This document shows positions 49,044-59,380 of a DNA stretch of 64,000 bases, piece after piece. The translations under genes were made by a program, and so were the position numbers. The notes under the pieces were generated by a model. That model was given only the letters and a program-made list of their open reading frames with translations. It was not told the origin of the DNA and did no database searches. Position 1 is the stretch's first letter. The number at the start of each line of letters is the position of its first letter. The stretch is taken from NCBI GenBank assembly GCA_963842885.1, contig CAWJIE010000003.1, forward strand, positions 352,001 through 416,000, given 5' to 3'. This DNA is from an uncultured Nitrososphaerota archaeon. GTDB taxonomy: Archaea; Thermoproteota; Nitrososphaeria; Conexivisphaerales; DTJL01.

Positions 49044-49643
49044 TCAGGCTATCGGCATCTCGATCCTGCCGAAGTCGTCTTCATAGATTTCGTAATCGCC
49101 CTCGGAGAACAGGACGAACCTGACCTCCTTCAAGGACCTGTTGCCCTTGAGCAGGAAGTCGATGGCTGCGTCCAACGCTACGCGGGAGGCCTTTTCGATG
49201 GGATAGCCGTATGCACCGGTGGAGATGGAAGGGAAGGCGATCGACCTAATTCCGAGAGACTGGGCGGAATCCAGACAGTTCCGGTAGGCCCTCGATAACA
49301 GCTCCCCTTCGCCCTCACCGCCACCTCGCCAAACCGGGCCGACCGTGTGGATGACGTATCTAGCTGTCAGGTCCCCACCTGTTGTGACCACTACCTCACC
49401 AGTCGGGAGGCCATCGGGATACTTGGTCTTCCGGATCGCCTTGCACTCTTCCTGGACCTTGAGGCCACCCTTTCGATGGATGGCACCGTCCACTCCACCC
49501 CCACCCAACAAGCTCGAGTTGGCCGCATTTACAATGGCGTCGCAGTCTTGGTCAGTGATGTCGCCAAGGACAAGGCGAACCACGGTGTCACCTACGGTGC
49601 GCTGCAATCCACCATCGCCCAAGGCACCCTCACTAACAAACAT
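49044..49643 (-). CDS. ymdB: Macrodomain O-acetyl-ADP-ribose deacetylase
   Basis: GDIT, AIVNAANSSLLGGGGVDGAIH, VIHTVGP, AFPSISTGAYGYP. Confidence 0.92.
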   Translation of the reverse strand: MFVSEGALGDGGLQRTVGDTVVRLVLGDITDQDCDAIVNAANSSLLGGGGVDGAIHRKGGLKVQEECKAIRKTKYPDGLPTGEVVVTTGGDLTARYVIHTVGPVWRGGGEGEGELLSRAYRNCLDSAQSLGIRSIAFPSISTGAYGYPIEKASRVALDAAIDFLLKGNRSLKEVRFVLFSEGDYEIYEDDFGRIEMPIA

Positions 49644-50067
49644 GACTCCGCATGCGCAGACGTGAGCAGAGACATGGCCTTGAACCGTCTCCAGCCGTAC
49701 GACCACTCTGACAATGCCGATGCTTATCAGGCAGACCCGGAAACCGGTTATCCTCTCATGCTTTCTCTCAACTGAAGTCTGAGGAAGCGTACGAGAGACT
49801 CTGAGCTCTACGAAGACGAATACGAAGCCATTTGGATTGAGGACTGCTATGGTTCAAGGCCGAAGACCATGCGCTTGGGGACCGTCGTGGACGCGGAAGG
49901 GTTCACTACTGAATTCGAGAGGGCCGGCAGAATACATGCGACCTGAGGGTATGATTCCCCCACTGGCCCATCAAAAGAGACGTCAGGACTGGAGAGCAGG
50001 GCAAGCCTTTGGGCGAAGGAAGCCACTTCGAGTTCCCATCGGGATCCTACAGCGAGGCCTCGGACTG

Positions 50068-50766
50068 CTACGCCGAGAGTGCACCGAACTCCTTGACGAT
50101 GTCTACGCCGTGGCTCGTTCCTATCCTGTTCGCGCCAGCTGAAGTAAGGGCCGAGAAGGACTGAGCGTCCCTGATGCCCCCTGAAGCCTTTACGCCGAGC
50201 TTCGGACCGACGACCCTGCGCATCAGGGCGACGTCATGTACAGTCGCGCCGCCCGTACCGTATCCGGTGGAGGTCTTGACGAAATCAACGCCGGCCTTCA
50301 CTGAAACCCTACAGGCCGCTTCCTTCTCTGCGTCGGTGAGATAGCAGGTCTCGATGATCGCCTTGACCAAGACGTAGCCGTCCATCCTCTTTGCGGCGCG
50401 GACCACTGCCCTGGCATCCCGAAGGACCAAATCATAGTCATGCGACTTCTCTGCGCCGATGTTCATCACCATGTCGATCTCCTCGGCTCCGTCCTTCACT
50501 GCAGCCTGAGCCTCTCTGACCTTGATCCCTGTCTTCGAGAGGCCGAAAGGGAAGGAGACCACCGAACACACCTTGACCGAGGAGCCCCTGACCTTCTCCC
50601 AGCATAGCGCCACGTGCGCGGGGTTGACTGTAACTGTGCAGAAATGGTATCTGACCGCCTCCTCGCACGCTTCCAGAATCTCCTCCTCTGCGGCGTTCGG
50701 TCGGAGGAGGGTATGATCTATGATGGAGGCAGCGCTCTCTGGCGTCCACCCGGAAGATCTCTTCAC
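50068..50766 (-). CDS. deoC: Deoxyribose-phosphate aldolase
   Basis: IDHTLL, EIDMVMNIG, KAIIET, FVKTSTG, VKASGGIR, RIGTS; start uncertain. Confidence 0.93.
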   Translation of the reverse strand: MKRSSGWTPESAASIIDHTLLRPNAAEEEILEACEEAVRYHFCTVTVNPAHVALCWEKVRGSSVKVCSVVSFPFGLSKTGIKVREAQAAVKDGAEEIDMVMNIGAEKSHDYDLVLRDARAVVRAAKRMDGYVLVKAIIETCYLTDAEKEAACRVSVKAGVDFVKTSTGYGTGGATVHDVALMRRVVGPKLGVKASGGIRDAQSFSALTSAGANRIGTSHGVDIVKEFGALSA

Positions 50767-50941
50767 ACCCCATGGAGGTGGCGTCAGGTTGAAAACGGTT
50801 CCTGTCGAGTTGCACAACGAGGGCATTCTAAGAAACCACTCCATGGCGAACACTCGACCAGACGCACGATCGTTGAAATGACCCGGCCCGTCGACACAAA
50901 CCACTTATACCGCGAAGTCGATATTGGAATGGAAGATCACC

Positions 50942-51181
50942 ATGAAGGTCGGCGTTTGCGGCATCTCCTGCGAAGTATGCCCTAAGATGGTCAAAGGCAC
51001 CTGCCCAAACGGTGAACAGGGCTGCGTGCCGAAACAGAACCCATTCTGCCAGATCTCCACCTGCGCCTTCAACAGCGGAGTCAGGCTCTGCTTTGAATGC
51101 GCCTACTTCCCCTGCGAATTGACGAAGACCGGGCCGATAAACTACAACTACTGTTCCTTCCTAGTGGGCAAGTCTGAGTAG
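50942..51181 (+). CDS. DUF3795-like Cys-rich metal-binding protein
   Basis: GVCGISCEVCP...CPNG...C...C...C...LCFECAYFPC. Confidence 0.75.
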   Translation: MKVGVCGISCEVCPKMVKGTCPNGEQGCVPKQNPFCQISTCAFNSGVRLCFECAYFPCELTKTGPINYNYCSFLVGKSE

Positions 51182-51500
51182 GGGCGGGCTTTGCTGAAGC
51201 CGTGTGCCTCTCGGCGTCCCTTCGGATGTACCTAGCTGATTATTGTCGAGTTCCTGAAGAAGTAGTAGAAGGTGGCTATACCCACAGCATAGAAGCTGCT
51301 CGCCAGGAAGACTAGTCGCAACCGCCGAGCCCAACAGTTGGAGTATGGGAGGGAACTGAGGGACTTGCTGAATTCCCTTGTCGTAAATTTGTAGTCGTCC
51401 TATGCTCCTGACAGCAGACAGGACTGGTGCACGTCATCTGTCGAAATATCTTCATCATGCTGACGATGCTTATTAGACGCTAGAAAGAAGAGATGGTGGC

Positions 51501-51704
51501 ATGTTGCAGGAACTCAACAGGCGACTCGAAGCCTTGTCATACTGCAAACTTCGGATGTTTCAAGATCCGTCCGGCTTGGTGTGGTTGGAGGATTTGCGCG
51601 CGGACCCGTCGGCGCAGCCCATCAGGATAGGTTCCCTTACTGACGCCGCTGGGTACGTCGAGGCCATGGAAAGAGAAGAGCGCATGGTCGCCGTGATGAA
51701 CTAG
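51501..51704 (+). CDS. Small hypothetical protein
   Basis: 67-aa ORF with a TATA-like element upstream. Confidence 0.45.
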   Translation: MLQELNRRLEALSYCKLRMFQDPSGLVWLEDLRADPSAQPIRIGSLTDAAGYVEAMEREERMVAVMN

Positions 51705-51792
51705 GGCTGACAACTCGAAGGGAAGTCCCTCATTCCTCTCGATATTGGACAAGGACGTGACCTTCTAATGATTGTTGCGCGGTCGAGAAAGG

Positions 51793-52986
51793 TCAAGCCC
51801 GTTCCAAGACCGTCGCGAATCCCTGTCCTCCGCCGACGCAGAGCGAGGCGACTCCATACCTTTTGCCGCTGACGTGGAGCTGCCTGGCCAGAGTGCCCAC
51901 GAGCCGAGCGCCGGTGGCGCCTAGCGGATGGCCGAGCGCGATGGCGCCCCCATGGAGGTTCACCCTCTGATGGTTAATCCCTAGCTCCTTCATGGCGTAG
52001 AGGACGACCACGGCGAAGGCTTCGTTGATCTCCCACAGGTCGACCTCCTCGGGCTTTAAGCCAGCCTTGGCGAGGGCTTTGAGGCTGGCCGGCACTGGTC
52101 CCTTCCCCATCAGGCTTGGCTCCACGCCGGCCCAGCCGAACGAGATGACCTTGGCCAGCGGCGAAGCTCCATGTTCCTTGACCTTGGCTCCGGACATCAG
52201 TGCGACCAGGGAAGCTCCTGCGCTGAGCGTGGACGAGTTGCCTGCGGTAATCGTTCCTCCCTCCTTGAACACGGATGGTAGCTTCGAAAGCTGTTCCAAA
52301 GAGGGGTTCTTCCTGATGCTGAGGTCCTCCTCCACCGTAATCTCCTTCCTTCCGGACTCCACTCTGATCGGCATCATCTCGTCCTTGAACCAGCCGGCTT
52401 CGAGGGAGGTGGCCGCCTTCCTGTGCGACTCTACCGAGAATGCATCCATCGCCTCTCTCGTTATGCCGCTTTCGCTGGCCAACTTCTCGGCGGTTAGGCC
52501 CATTACGTAACCGACATTCATCTGGTACTTCATGTATTCGGGCCTCAGGATGAGCCTGGGGTTGACGGCCATGTGCGGGTTGTTCCACATGGGGACGTGC
52601 GTCATGTGTTCCATGCCGCCTGCGAGGACGACATCCGAATGACCCGTCATGATCTCGAATGAACCGGTAGAGATGGCGTTCATGGAGGAGGCGCACGCCC
52701 TGTCCAGCGCCAGCCCGGGGACGGAGACAGGGAGGCCGGCTAGGAGGATGGGGTGCCTCCCACCGTAGAGCCAATTTTCGTCGACCTGGAGGGCACAACC
52801 CGTGATCACGTCGCCGATCTCATGACCTTCGATCCCAGTCCTCTGCATGACCCTGCCGATCAGCAGTGCGAGAGCCTGATCCATCCTGACGGAGTTGAAG
52901 ACGTCCTTCTCAGGCTCAGCGGGCTTGGATTTGGAGAAAGGCGTCCTTTGAAAGTCGATGACATAGACGTCTTTCAATCCAATCAC
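51793..52986 (-). CDS. Acetyl-CoA C-acetyltransferase (thiolase)
   Basis: DRACASS, AGGMEHM, TAGNSS, EINEAFA, GGAIALGHPLGATG, LCVGGGQG. Confidence 0.94.
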   Translation of the reverse strand: MIGLKDVYVIDFQRTPFSKSKPAEPEKDVFNSVRMDQALALLIGRVMQRTGIEGHEIGDVITGCALQVDENWLYGGRHPILLAGLPVSVPGLALDRACASSMNAISTGSFEIMTGHSDVVLAGGMEHMTHVPMWNNPHMAVNPRLILRPEYMKYQMNVGYVMGLTAEKLASESGITREAMDAFSVESHRKAATSLEAGWFKDEMMPIRVESGRKEITVEEDLSIRKNPSLEQLSKLPSVFKEGGTITAGNSSTLSAGASLVALMSGAKVKEHGASPLAKVISFGWAGVEPSLMGKGPVPASLKALAKAGLKPEEVDLWEINEAFAVVVLYAMKELGINHQRVNLHGGAIALGHPLGATGARLVGTLARQLHVSGKRYGVASLCVGGGQGFATVLERA

Positions 52987-53129
52987 TTGCCCTTGAACTC
53001 CGGTTTCCGCTTCTGGAAGAAAGCGGAGATGCCTTCTATGACGTCGTCCGTGCCGAAGAGGATTCCATCACCATGGCCCATTTCGCCGGCCCCAACGACG
53101 GCCACGCTATTGATTTCCAGGCTCGACAC
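52983..53129 (-). pseudogene. Internally deleted 3-hydroxyacyl-CoA dehydrogenase/enoyl-CoA hydratase fusion gene
   Basis: 48 aa: the dehydrogenase N-terminus (INSVAVVGAGEMGHG) joined in frame to a crotonase C-terminus (ILFGTDDVIEGISAFFQKRKPEFKGK). Confidence 0.8.
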
Positions 53130-53283
53130 GTGGGACCCTGCTCGCTCACTGCTAATAAACGGTTCTTGAGACACGATTCCGGACCGAAGAGGCATGGGTC
53201 GAGTGAGAACGGGACGAACAGCCCCTCTTCGCCGGGCAGAATTGGGGGAACAGGATTTAAGCGTCGAATGACAACCACGATGC

Positions 53284-53941
53284 GTGACTAGGAAAGCGTT
53301 GCTGGTTGTCGACATGACAAACGACTTCCTCCTCAAGAGCTACAACCCGGGCTTGGCCTTGGAAAGCGGCATGGCCCTGGTGCCCAGGATCAGGGAGCTC
53401 CAGGAGGCGTTCCTTGATGCGGGAAACCCCGTCATCTACACGACTGACCGCCATCTGAAATCTGACTTTGAGCTGAAAAAGTGGGGGCCTCATTCAATGA
53501 AGGGCACCAAGGGTTCAGAGATAGTCAGCGGGCTCCTGACCCAAGGGCCTGTGCGTCCTGGAGAGAGATTGGAAGGAGAAGGACGTGAAGAAGATAAAGA
53601 AGGATCAGCTTCTATTCGAGGTGGAGAAGGGTACCTACAGCGGATTCACCGACAATGGAGGGAGGCCGACGGCCATGGACTCCCTGCTGGAGAAGCTGAA
53701 ATTCAAACCCGGTGACAAACTCTACGTCACGGGCCTCCATACGAACTGCTGTGACAAGCACACGGCGGCCGACGCCTGGTTCAGGGGCTACGTGCCTGTA
53801 ATGGTGAGCGACTGCACCACGGCCTTTGATGACACCGACGGCACCATGGGCATGGGCCATGATAGGGCGTTGAACTATGAGAAGTACTGGTACGAGGCCG
53901 AAGCACAGCCTTCCAAGGAAGTCTTGAAGGAACTCAAGTAG
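53284..53941 (+). CDS. Isochorismatase/nicotinamidase-family cysteine hydrolase; frameshift near 53540
   Basis: ALLVVDMTNDF, WGPHS; then EKGTYSGF, TGLHTNCCDKHTAADA. Confidence 0.85.
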
Positions 53942-54066
53942 GCTTGGCAGTCAGAGAAGCAGGCTGCGGGAGTCCTTTCCGAGCTCACACTGTGAATCGT
54001 TTGAAGAAATAAGAGGGACCACCTTCAACGTGGCGGCCCCATCAGAGGGAATAATGCCGCGTCCTT

Positions 54067-55299
54067 CTAGGAGGTGGGCGCGGGCCTCGTGCCAAGGGTG
54101 ACTGAGACGTTCATCGTCTGGCCATTGCGTATTATGGTCATGGTTACAGTCTGTCCGGGGAGCGTGTTGCCTTCGAGGTACGCCGAGAGGCCGTCGCTGT
54201 TCAGGATGCGTGTGCCATTGATTGCAGTGATCACGTCTCCACCTAGCAGTATTGTGTTGCCTTCGACGGTCGCCTGCTGCGTGCCTGCCTTCAGACCCGC
54301 GCTGGCGGCGGGACCGCCGCTGACCACGCTCTCGATGAGGGAGCCGTAGGTCGTGTTGATGTTCATCGCCTGAGCCGTCGCGTAGTCCATGTCGACATCA
54401 GTGATGCCGAGGTAGGAGTGCTGCTTGTAGGTCCCGGTGGTGACCAGAGAGTTAATCTCCCTAAGGATGGTGGAAGAGGACACGGCGAACCCTATCGCGT
54501 CGGCGGCGTTACCCGATGAGTCGGTGGCGGTCGCCGTGGTTATCCCGACGACCTGGTCAGCGTAGTTCAGGAGTGGTCCGCCGGAGTTGCCCGGGTTGAT
54601 GGGGGCGCTAGTCTGAATGGCGTTGGCGATGGCATAGGGTACCGTGCTTTCGTCAATCGTGCGACCGAGTGCGCTTACGACCCCTGTGGTGACAGAGCCT
54701 GTCAGTCCGTAGGGCGCGCCCACGGCCAAGACAGGGTCACCGACGCTCAGGGTGGTCGAGGACACCATGGTCAAGGGGATGAATTCCGACGATGGCGCCT
54801 GGACGGTGAGCACCGCCAAGTCAGAGTACGGGTCGGTGCCAATGACGGTTGCCGCATATGCGTCGCCGTTGTTGAAGGTCACCGAGATGCCCGTGGCGCC
54901 GTCCACGACATGGTAGTTGGTTATGATGACATCCTCGCTAGCTCACGGTGTAGACGAACCCGGAGCCCTGTATTTCGCTCGAAGTCGTGCCGAAGATCGA
55001 TGACTGGCTCACCATCCCTGTGATGACTACCACAGAGTTCTTGACCGCCGCATAGAGATCGGAGACCGACACGTTGCCGCTAACCACGACGCTCGTGCCG
55101 GTGGTCGAGGTACCATTCCCTGTACTCTCGATTCTGAGACTGCAGCATGTTCACCTGCTGCTGCAGCTGAGGTGACCTGGCCGGTGTAGGCGACGTAGCC
55201 TATGCCTCCTCCTATGACCAGTCCCAGAGCTAGGACCAAGACGGCGACGACGACAGTGAAGTTCCTGCGAGAATGCGTAGGGGGCTCCATCATCGTCAA
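54067..55299 (-). CDS. Membrane-anchored HtrA/DegP-like serine protease with PDZ domain, frameshifted
   Basis: N-terminal TM (55027 ORF), ITNYHVV, DLAVL, INPGNSGGPL, PDZ. Confidence 0.85.
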
Positions 55300-55581
55300 T
55301 CGAGCCTTCCTCCTAGGATTTGGGCGACTGCGGGGATCGCCCTGACATGTGCCGTTCCCAGGCCAGTGAGCGAGCGGAAGTCACTGATTGGGGCTTCACC
55401 GAACTGAAATCCAGAACCTTCAAGATTCCTCAAGTTGATCATACCCGATGTTACTAGGCCGCATAGTAGCTAACCCTTCTTAAGTGTTATGACAAAACAT
55501 GGTAGTGAACGAGAGAGGACGCGGAAATCACTGAAAAGGCTAAATAGCTACTATGGGGGTTAGTAAGAAGCGTCGATAGCG

Positions 55582-56034
55582 TTGGCCACCAAGAGAACGT
55601 ACAAGGTCTCCCGCTATAACCTGGACGGCGAGCAGTTCGAAGGTTTCCTCGGCCCTCTCGGCGCTGAGATCCTTGAGACGATTTGGGACTCGGAAGAGGA
55701 GCCGATGACCGTCAGGAAGGTCTATGAGGAGCTCAGGAAGAAGACGAAGATTGCATATACCACAGTCATGTCTACGATGGACCGCCTCTACGACAAAGGC
55801 CTCCTGGACAGGCGAGTCGAACGGGGCAAGGGCGGGGTCTTCTTCGTCTACTGGCCGAAGCTTGGAAAGAAGCATTTCGAGGAGTCGGCAGTCAGGACCG
55901 TGGTCAGCAGCCTCTTTCGCAACTTCGGGAGCACTGTCACGAATGCCCTGATTGAAGAGGTAGCTATGAACGGGGAAGACCTTCAAGCGCTTCAGAAACA
56001 GGTGGAGAGAGTAGCCTCAGAGAAGAAGAGGTGA
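55582..56034 (+). CDS. BlaI/MecI/CopY family repressor
   Basis: LGPLGAEILETIW, IAYTTVMSTMDRLYDKGLL. Confidence 0.9.
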   Translation: MATKRTYKVSRYNLDGEQFEGFLGPLGAEILETIWDSEEEPMTVRKVYEELRKKTKIAYTTVMSTMDRLYDKGLLDRRVERGKGGVFFVYWPKLGKKHFEESAVRTVVSSLFRNFGSTVTNALIEEVAMNGEDLQALQKQVERVASEKKR

Positions 56035-56052
56035 AGATGAACGAGCGCCTCC

Positions 56053-57353
56053 ATGCTCGGCAGCATTGCCCAAGAACTTCTCCAGCCTTACGTTTACTAT
56101 GCTGCCGTGTTGACGACCGTCTGGTTCCTATGCACCAAGCTTCTTCTCAGGTCGGGGAACTTCTTCGGCCATAGGACCCGCAGCTTCCTGCTGCTAGTGC
56201 CCTTGAGCGTGCCGGCTGCGGCGGTTGTGGCCTCGTATGCGGTGAACTTCGCCAGGAATCTCGCAACGTCGCGGATGGCCGTGCAGCCCGATGTCTTCAT
56301 TCAGACGCCGGCGGCATACTTTACTTACGTGCAGCCACCGCCGGGGTTCCTTAGCATGAGCCCCTTCATGTTGACGGCCGTCATCGGCTTGGCGGCCCTA
56401 ACCGGTGGAGCTGTCGTCTTCTTTTCCATGCTACTTATTCGGCGGACGGGTCGCACGGAAGATTTTCGGCGTCGTCCTCATGGAGGAGGAGGACTATACT
56501 GAGCTGCAGGCGAAGGTCCGCCTGATGTCGTCCAAGCTGGGCATCAGGATGCCCAAGGTGGGATTGGTCGAGGATCTCAGGCCCAACGCTTTCTCCATCG
56601 GAAGGGGTAGGAGATGCGACTATCGTGTTCTCTCTTGGTATCCTGAAGGTACTGGACGGCGACGAGCTGGAGGCCGTCATCTCGCATGAGCTCTCTCACA
56701 TCAAGAACGGGGACCTGACCTTCAAGGCCTTGACCAGTGCGTTGGTGGCCATATCCTTCTTCAATCCTCTGGCCTATCTGTCGGCTTCGGCCGCGCAGAA
56801 GGAGAGGGAGATGCTCGCCGATGAACGCGGCGCGGGCGTCATCGAGAGGCCTGAAGCTCTGGTGTCGGCGCTGGTGAAGGTGGGGAGCGCACTGAAGGCC
56901 TTCCCGCCTGACGGCCGCCTTACGCGGCTTGCCGTGGCTACATTCCTCGCATCCTCCTTTGAACACAGGTCGGAGGCATTGTCCAGCCATCCCGCGATGA
57001 AGACCAGGGCCTGGAACGTGCTGGACCTGAAGTCTAGAAGCATCCTGCCGAGGCGCAGGCTCGCCGCGGTGCTTGTGGTTTCGTCGCTCATCTTCGTGGG
57101 CGGCGTAGTGGCCAGCATCTACCTGGTCGACTTGCAGGCGCAGATGCTCCAGGTCTTCCTCCCCAAGGCTCCGCTCGCCTTCAGCTATGCCTCGTACCAC
57201 GGCTTTGGTGACACGAACGCCATGGTCGCTCACTCAGTCGGGTTCGCCCATCCACATGGGTTTAGCTCCGTCTCCCCCTCCGGGGGGGTCCCGGGTCTCC
57301 GGGCGGTTCAGCTGTCGCGGTGCCATCTCCCTCACACCATCTCCCACATCTAG
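56053..57353 (+). CDS. M48/M56 (BlaR1/HtpX-like) membrane metallopeptidase, frameshifted into three ORFs
   Basis: TM N-terminus; RPNAFSIG; AVISHELSHIKNGD; EMLADE; SSHP. Confidence 0.82.
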
Positions 57354-57450
57354 GGCCGTATGCTCGGGATTGGTTCGGCCCGTTTGAACCTGATGGCTTG
57401 ACTCGCGTCACCAGAACACGAACATGGGGATGCTCACGCGAGCGGGGTGA

Positions 57451-57825
57451 CTACTCTTTGATTTCTACAGTCTGCCTTCCTTCCTCGTCGTTCCATCTGT
57501 TCACCCAGTCGGCGAAGTGCTGCAGGACGACGAGCAGGTCCTTCCCTTTGTCGGTCAGAGAGTATTCGACCCTTGGCGGAGCGGCGGGCAGGACATTTCT
57601 CTGAATTATCTGAAGGCGCTCGAGTTCGTTCAACCTGTCGGCGAGGCTCGTCGAGCTGATTCCATCGATGCGCCTCTTCAGCTCGTTGAACCTTGCTGGC
57701 TCCCTTATCCCGAGAGTGTGGATTATCGGAAGGCTCCAGGCCTTCGTCAGCTCGTTCCAAGCGGCGTGAACGGCTCTGCTGGCCTCGCACTTATCGGCTA
57801 GTTCCTGGTCAGGCTGTGCTGACAT
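57451..57825 (-). CDS. HxlR-family wHTH regulator
   Basis: WSLPII, RFNELKRRIDGISSTSLADRLNELE, PPRVEYSLTDKG. Confidence 0.9.
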   Translation of the reverse strand: MSAQPDQELADKCEASRAVHAAWNELTKAWSLPIIHTLGIREPARFNELKRRIDGISSTSLADRLNELERLQIIQRNVLPAAPPRVEYSLTDKGKDLLVVLQHFADWVNRWNDEEGRQTVEIKE

Positions 57826-57907
57826 AGTCAACTGCGTATTACCTACTAAGTATAAAATTACTATCAAGTATATAAAGATGACTTTCCACATCAGCATCCG
57901 AAGACAG

Positions 57908-58268
57908 ATGGAGATCCAAGATGTGAGACGTGTTTCCTTCACAGAAGAAGAGACGGAATTCCTGGCCGAGAACGGCTTGGCGAGGATCGCGACCGTCTCC
58001 AACGACATGCAGCCTCATGTTGTCCCGGTGGTATACGAGTTCGACGGCACGTCGTTCTACTTTAGCGGCTGGAACCTGGAGATGAGTCTCAAGTTCCGGA
58101 ACATCAAGCAAAACGGCAAGGTCGCGATGGTGTTTGACGACCTGCCTTCTGTCAACCCATGGCGTGCCCGAGGCCTCGAGATTCGGGGGATGGCAGAAGT
58201 GGGATACGCGAACGGGAAGCCCTACGTCAAGGTGAATCCCGTCCACCAAGCGGAGCTGGGGGCTCTAG
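57908..58268 (+). CDS. PPOX-class pyridoxamine-5'-phosphate oxidase family protein with C-terminal frameshift
   Basis: LARIATVS, PHVVPV, KFRNI, VAMVFDDL, GLEIRG; the SWGL* ending lies in a shifted frame. Confidence 0.82.
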
Positions 58269-58281
58269 GAGGGAAGGAAAA

Positions 58282-59248
58282 TTGGACTTATCAGGGTTTG
58301 AAGACCAGATAACTAAGGTCGTCGCCCAGCTGCAGCGCTCCGTCGTTAGCATCGACAGCGTCCGCATGGCGAGGGACTGGAGGTTCGGCACGGTCCCCCT
58401 TGAAGGGCAGGGCTCGGGCGTCATCATAAATCCCAGCGGATACATCGTGACCAACAACCACGTCATTGATGAAGCCGACAGGGTTCAGGTGACTCTGGAG
58501 GACGGGAGGACCTTTGTCGGAGAGGTCGTGGGGTCGGACCCCGCCACAGATGTCGCACTGGTTAGGGTGGACGCCACGGACCTCCCCGCTGCGAGGCTCG
58601 CCGACTCGGAGAAGCTCAAGGTGGGTCAGTTCGCCCTTGCCGTAGGGAACGCACTTGGACTGCCCGGGGCACCCACGGTGTCGCTTGGCGTCGTCAGCGC
58701 CCTCGGGAGGCCTCTCCCCGGGACTGATTTCGTGCTTGAAGGGCTCATCCAGACCGATGCCGCGATAAACCCCGGGAACAGCGGGGGGCCTCTTGCCAAC
58801 GTCGACGGCGAGGTCATCGGCATCAACACGGCGATGATACCCTTCGCCCAGGGCCTCGGATTCGCGATACCAGCCCAGACAGTCAGGATGGTGGTCGATC
58901 AGATACTCCGCAACGGAAGGGTCGTCAGGCCCTGGCTGGGGATCTCTGGATTGGACATCAATCCGGCCCTAGCGAAAGAGGTACGGCCTGCCCTCTGAAT
59001 CAGGAGTGCTTGTGGGCGACGTCTCGCGGGGGAGCCCGGCTGACCTGTGCGGCTTCAGGAGGGGTGACTTGATCGTGGCCGCAGGAGACCTCGAGGTCAG
59101 GAAGATGAAGGACCTCCTTCTTGCCCTTGCGAAGGTCGCCGTAGGTGACGGCGTGAAACTGATCGTCATGCGCAACAGCAGGAGATACGAAGTTACAGCA
59201 AGGCTAGAGGAGGCGCCTGTCCAGATGGTGGACAGGAGAAGGAGGTAG
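58282..59248 (+). CDS. HtrA/DegP-like serine protease with PDZ domain; frameshift near 58980
   Basis: GSGVII, TNNHVI, DVALV, IQTDAAINPGNSGGPL, RPWLGI; PDZ in ORF 59006. Confidence 0.88.
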
Positions 59249-59254
59249 GTGCAA

Positions 59255-59368
59255 ATGGCCTCGATTTTGCCGTCGTATGAGATTGATGCGCTCTACCTGC
59301 TGCTCTCCATCGCGCTCTTGGTTCTGGGCGCCGGCGCGGCCGCCATCGGGCCAGCGGTGGGGCTGTAG
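59255..59368 (+). CDS. Small single-TM peptide (37 aa)
   Basis: MASILPSYEIDALYLLLSIALLVLGAGAAAIGPAVGL*; AGGTG SD-like element upstream; same frame as the downstream DUF1512 gene. Confidence 0.45.
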   Translation: MASILPSYEIDALYLLLSIALLVLGAGAAAIGPAVGL

Positions 59369-59380
59369 GGAGAAAAGGAG

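Noticed and set aside
38585-59248. Many split genes (secreted protein, ABC ATPase, isochorismatase, two HtrA, M48, PPOX) as programmed frameshifts
   Set aside because: Scattered single-base indels across unrelated genes with no shared slippery motif noticed; more consistent with long-read consensus errors or decay
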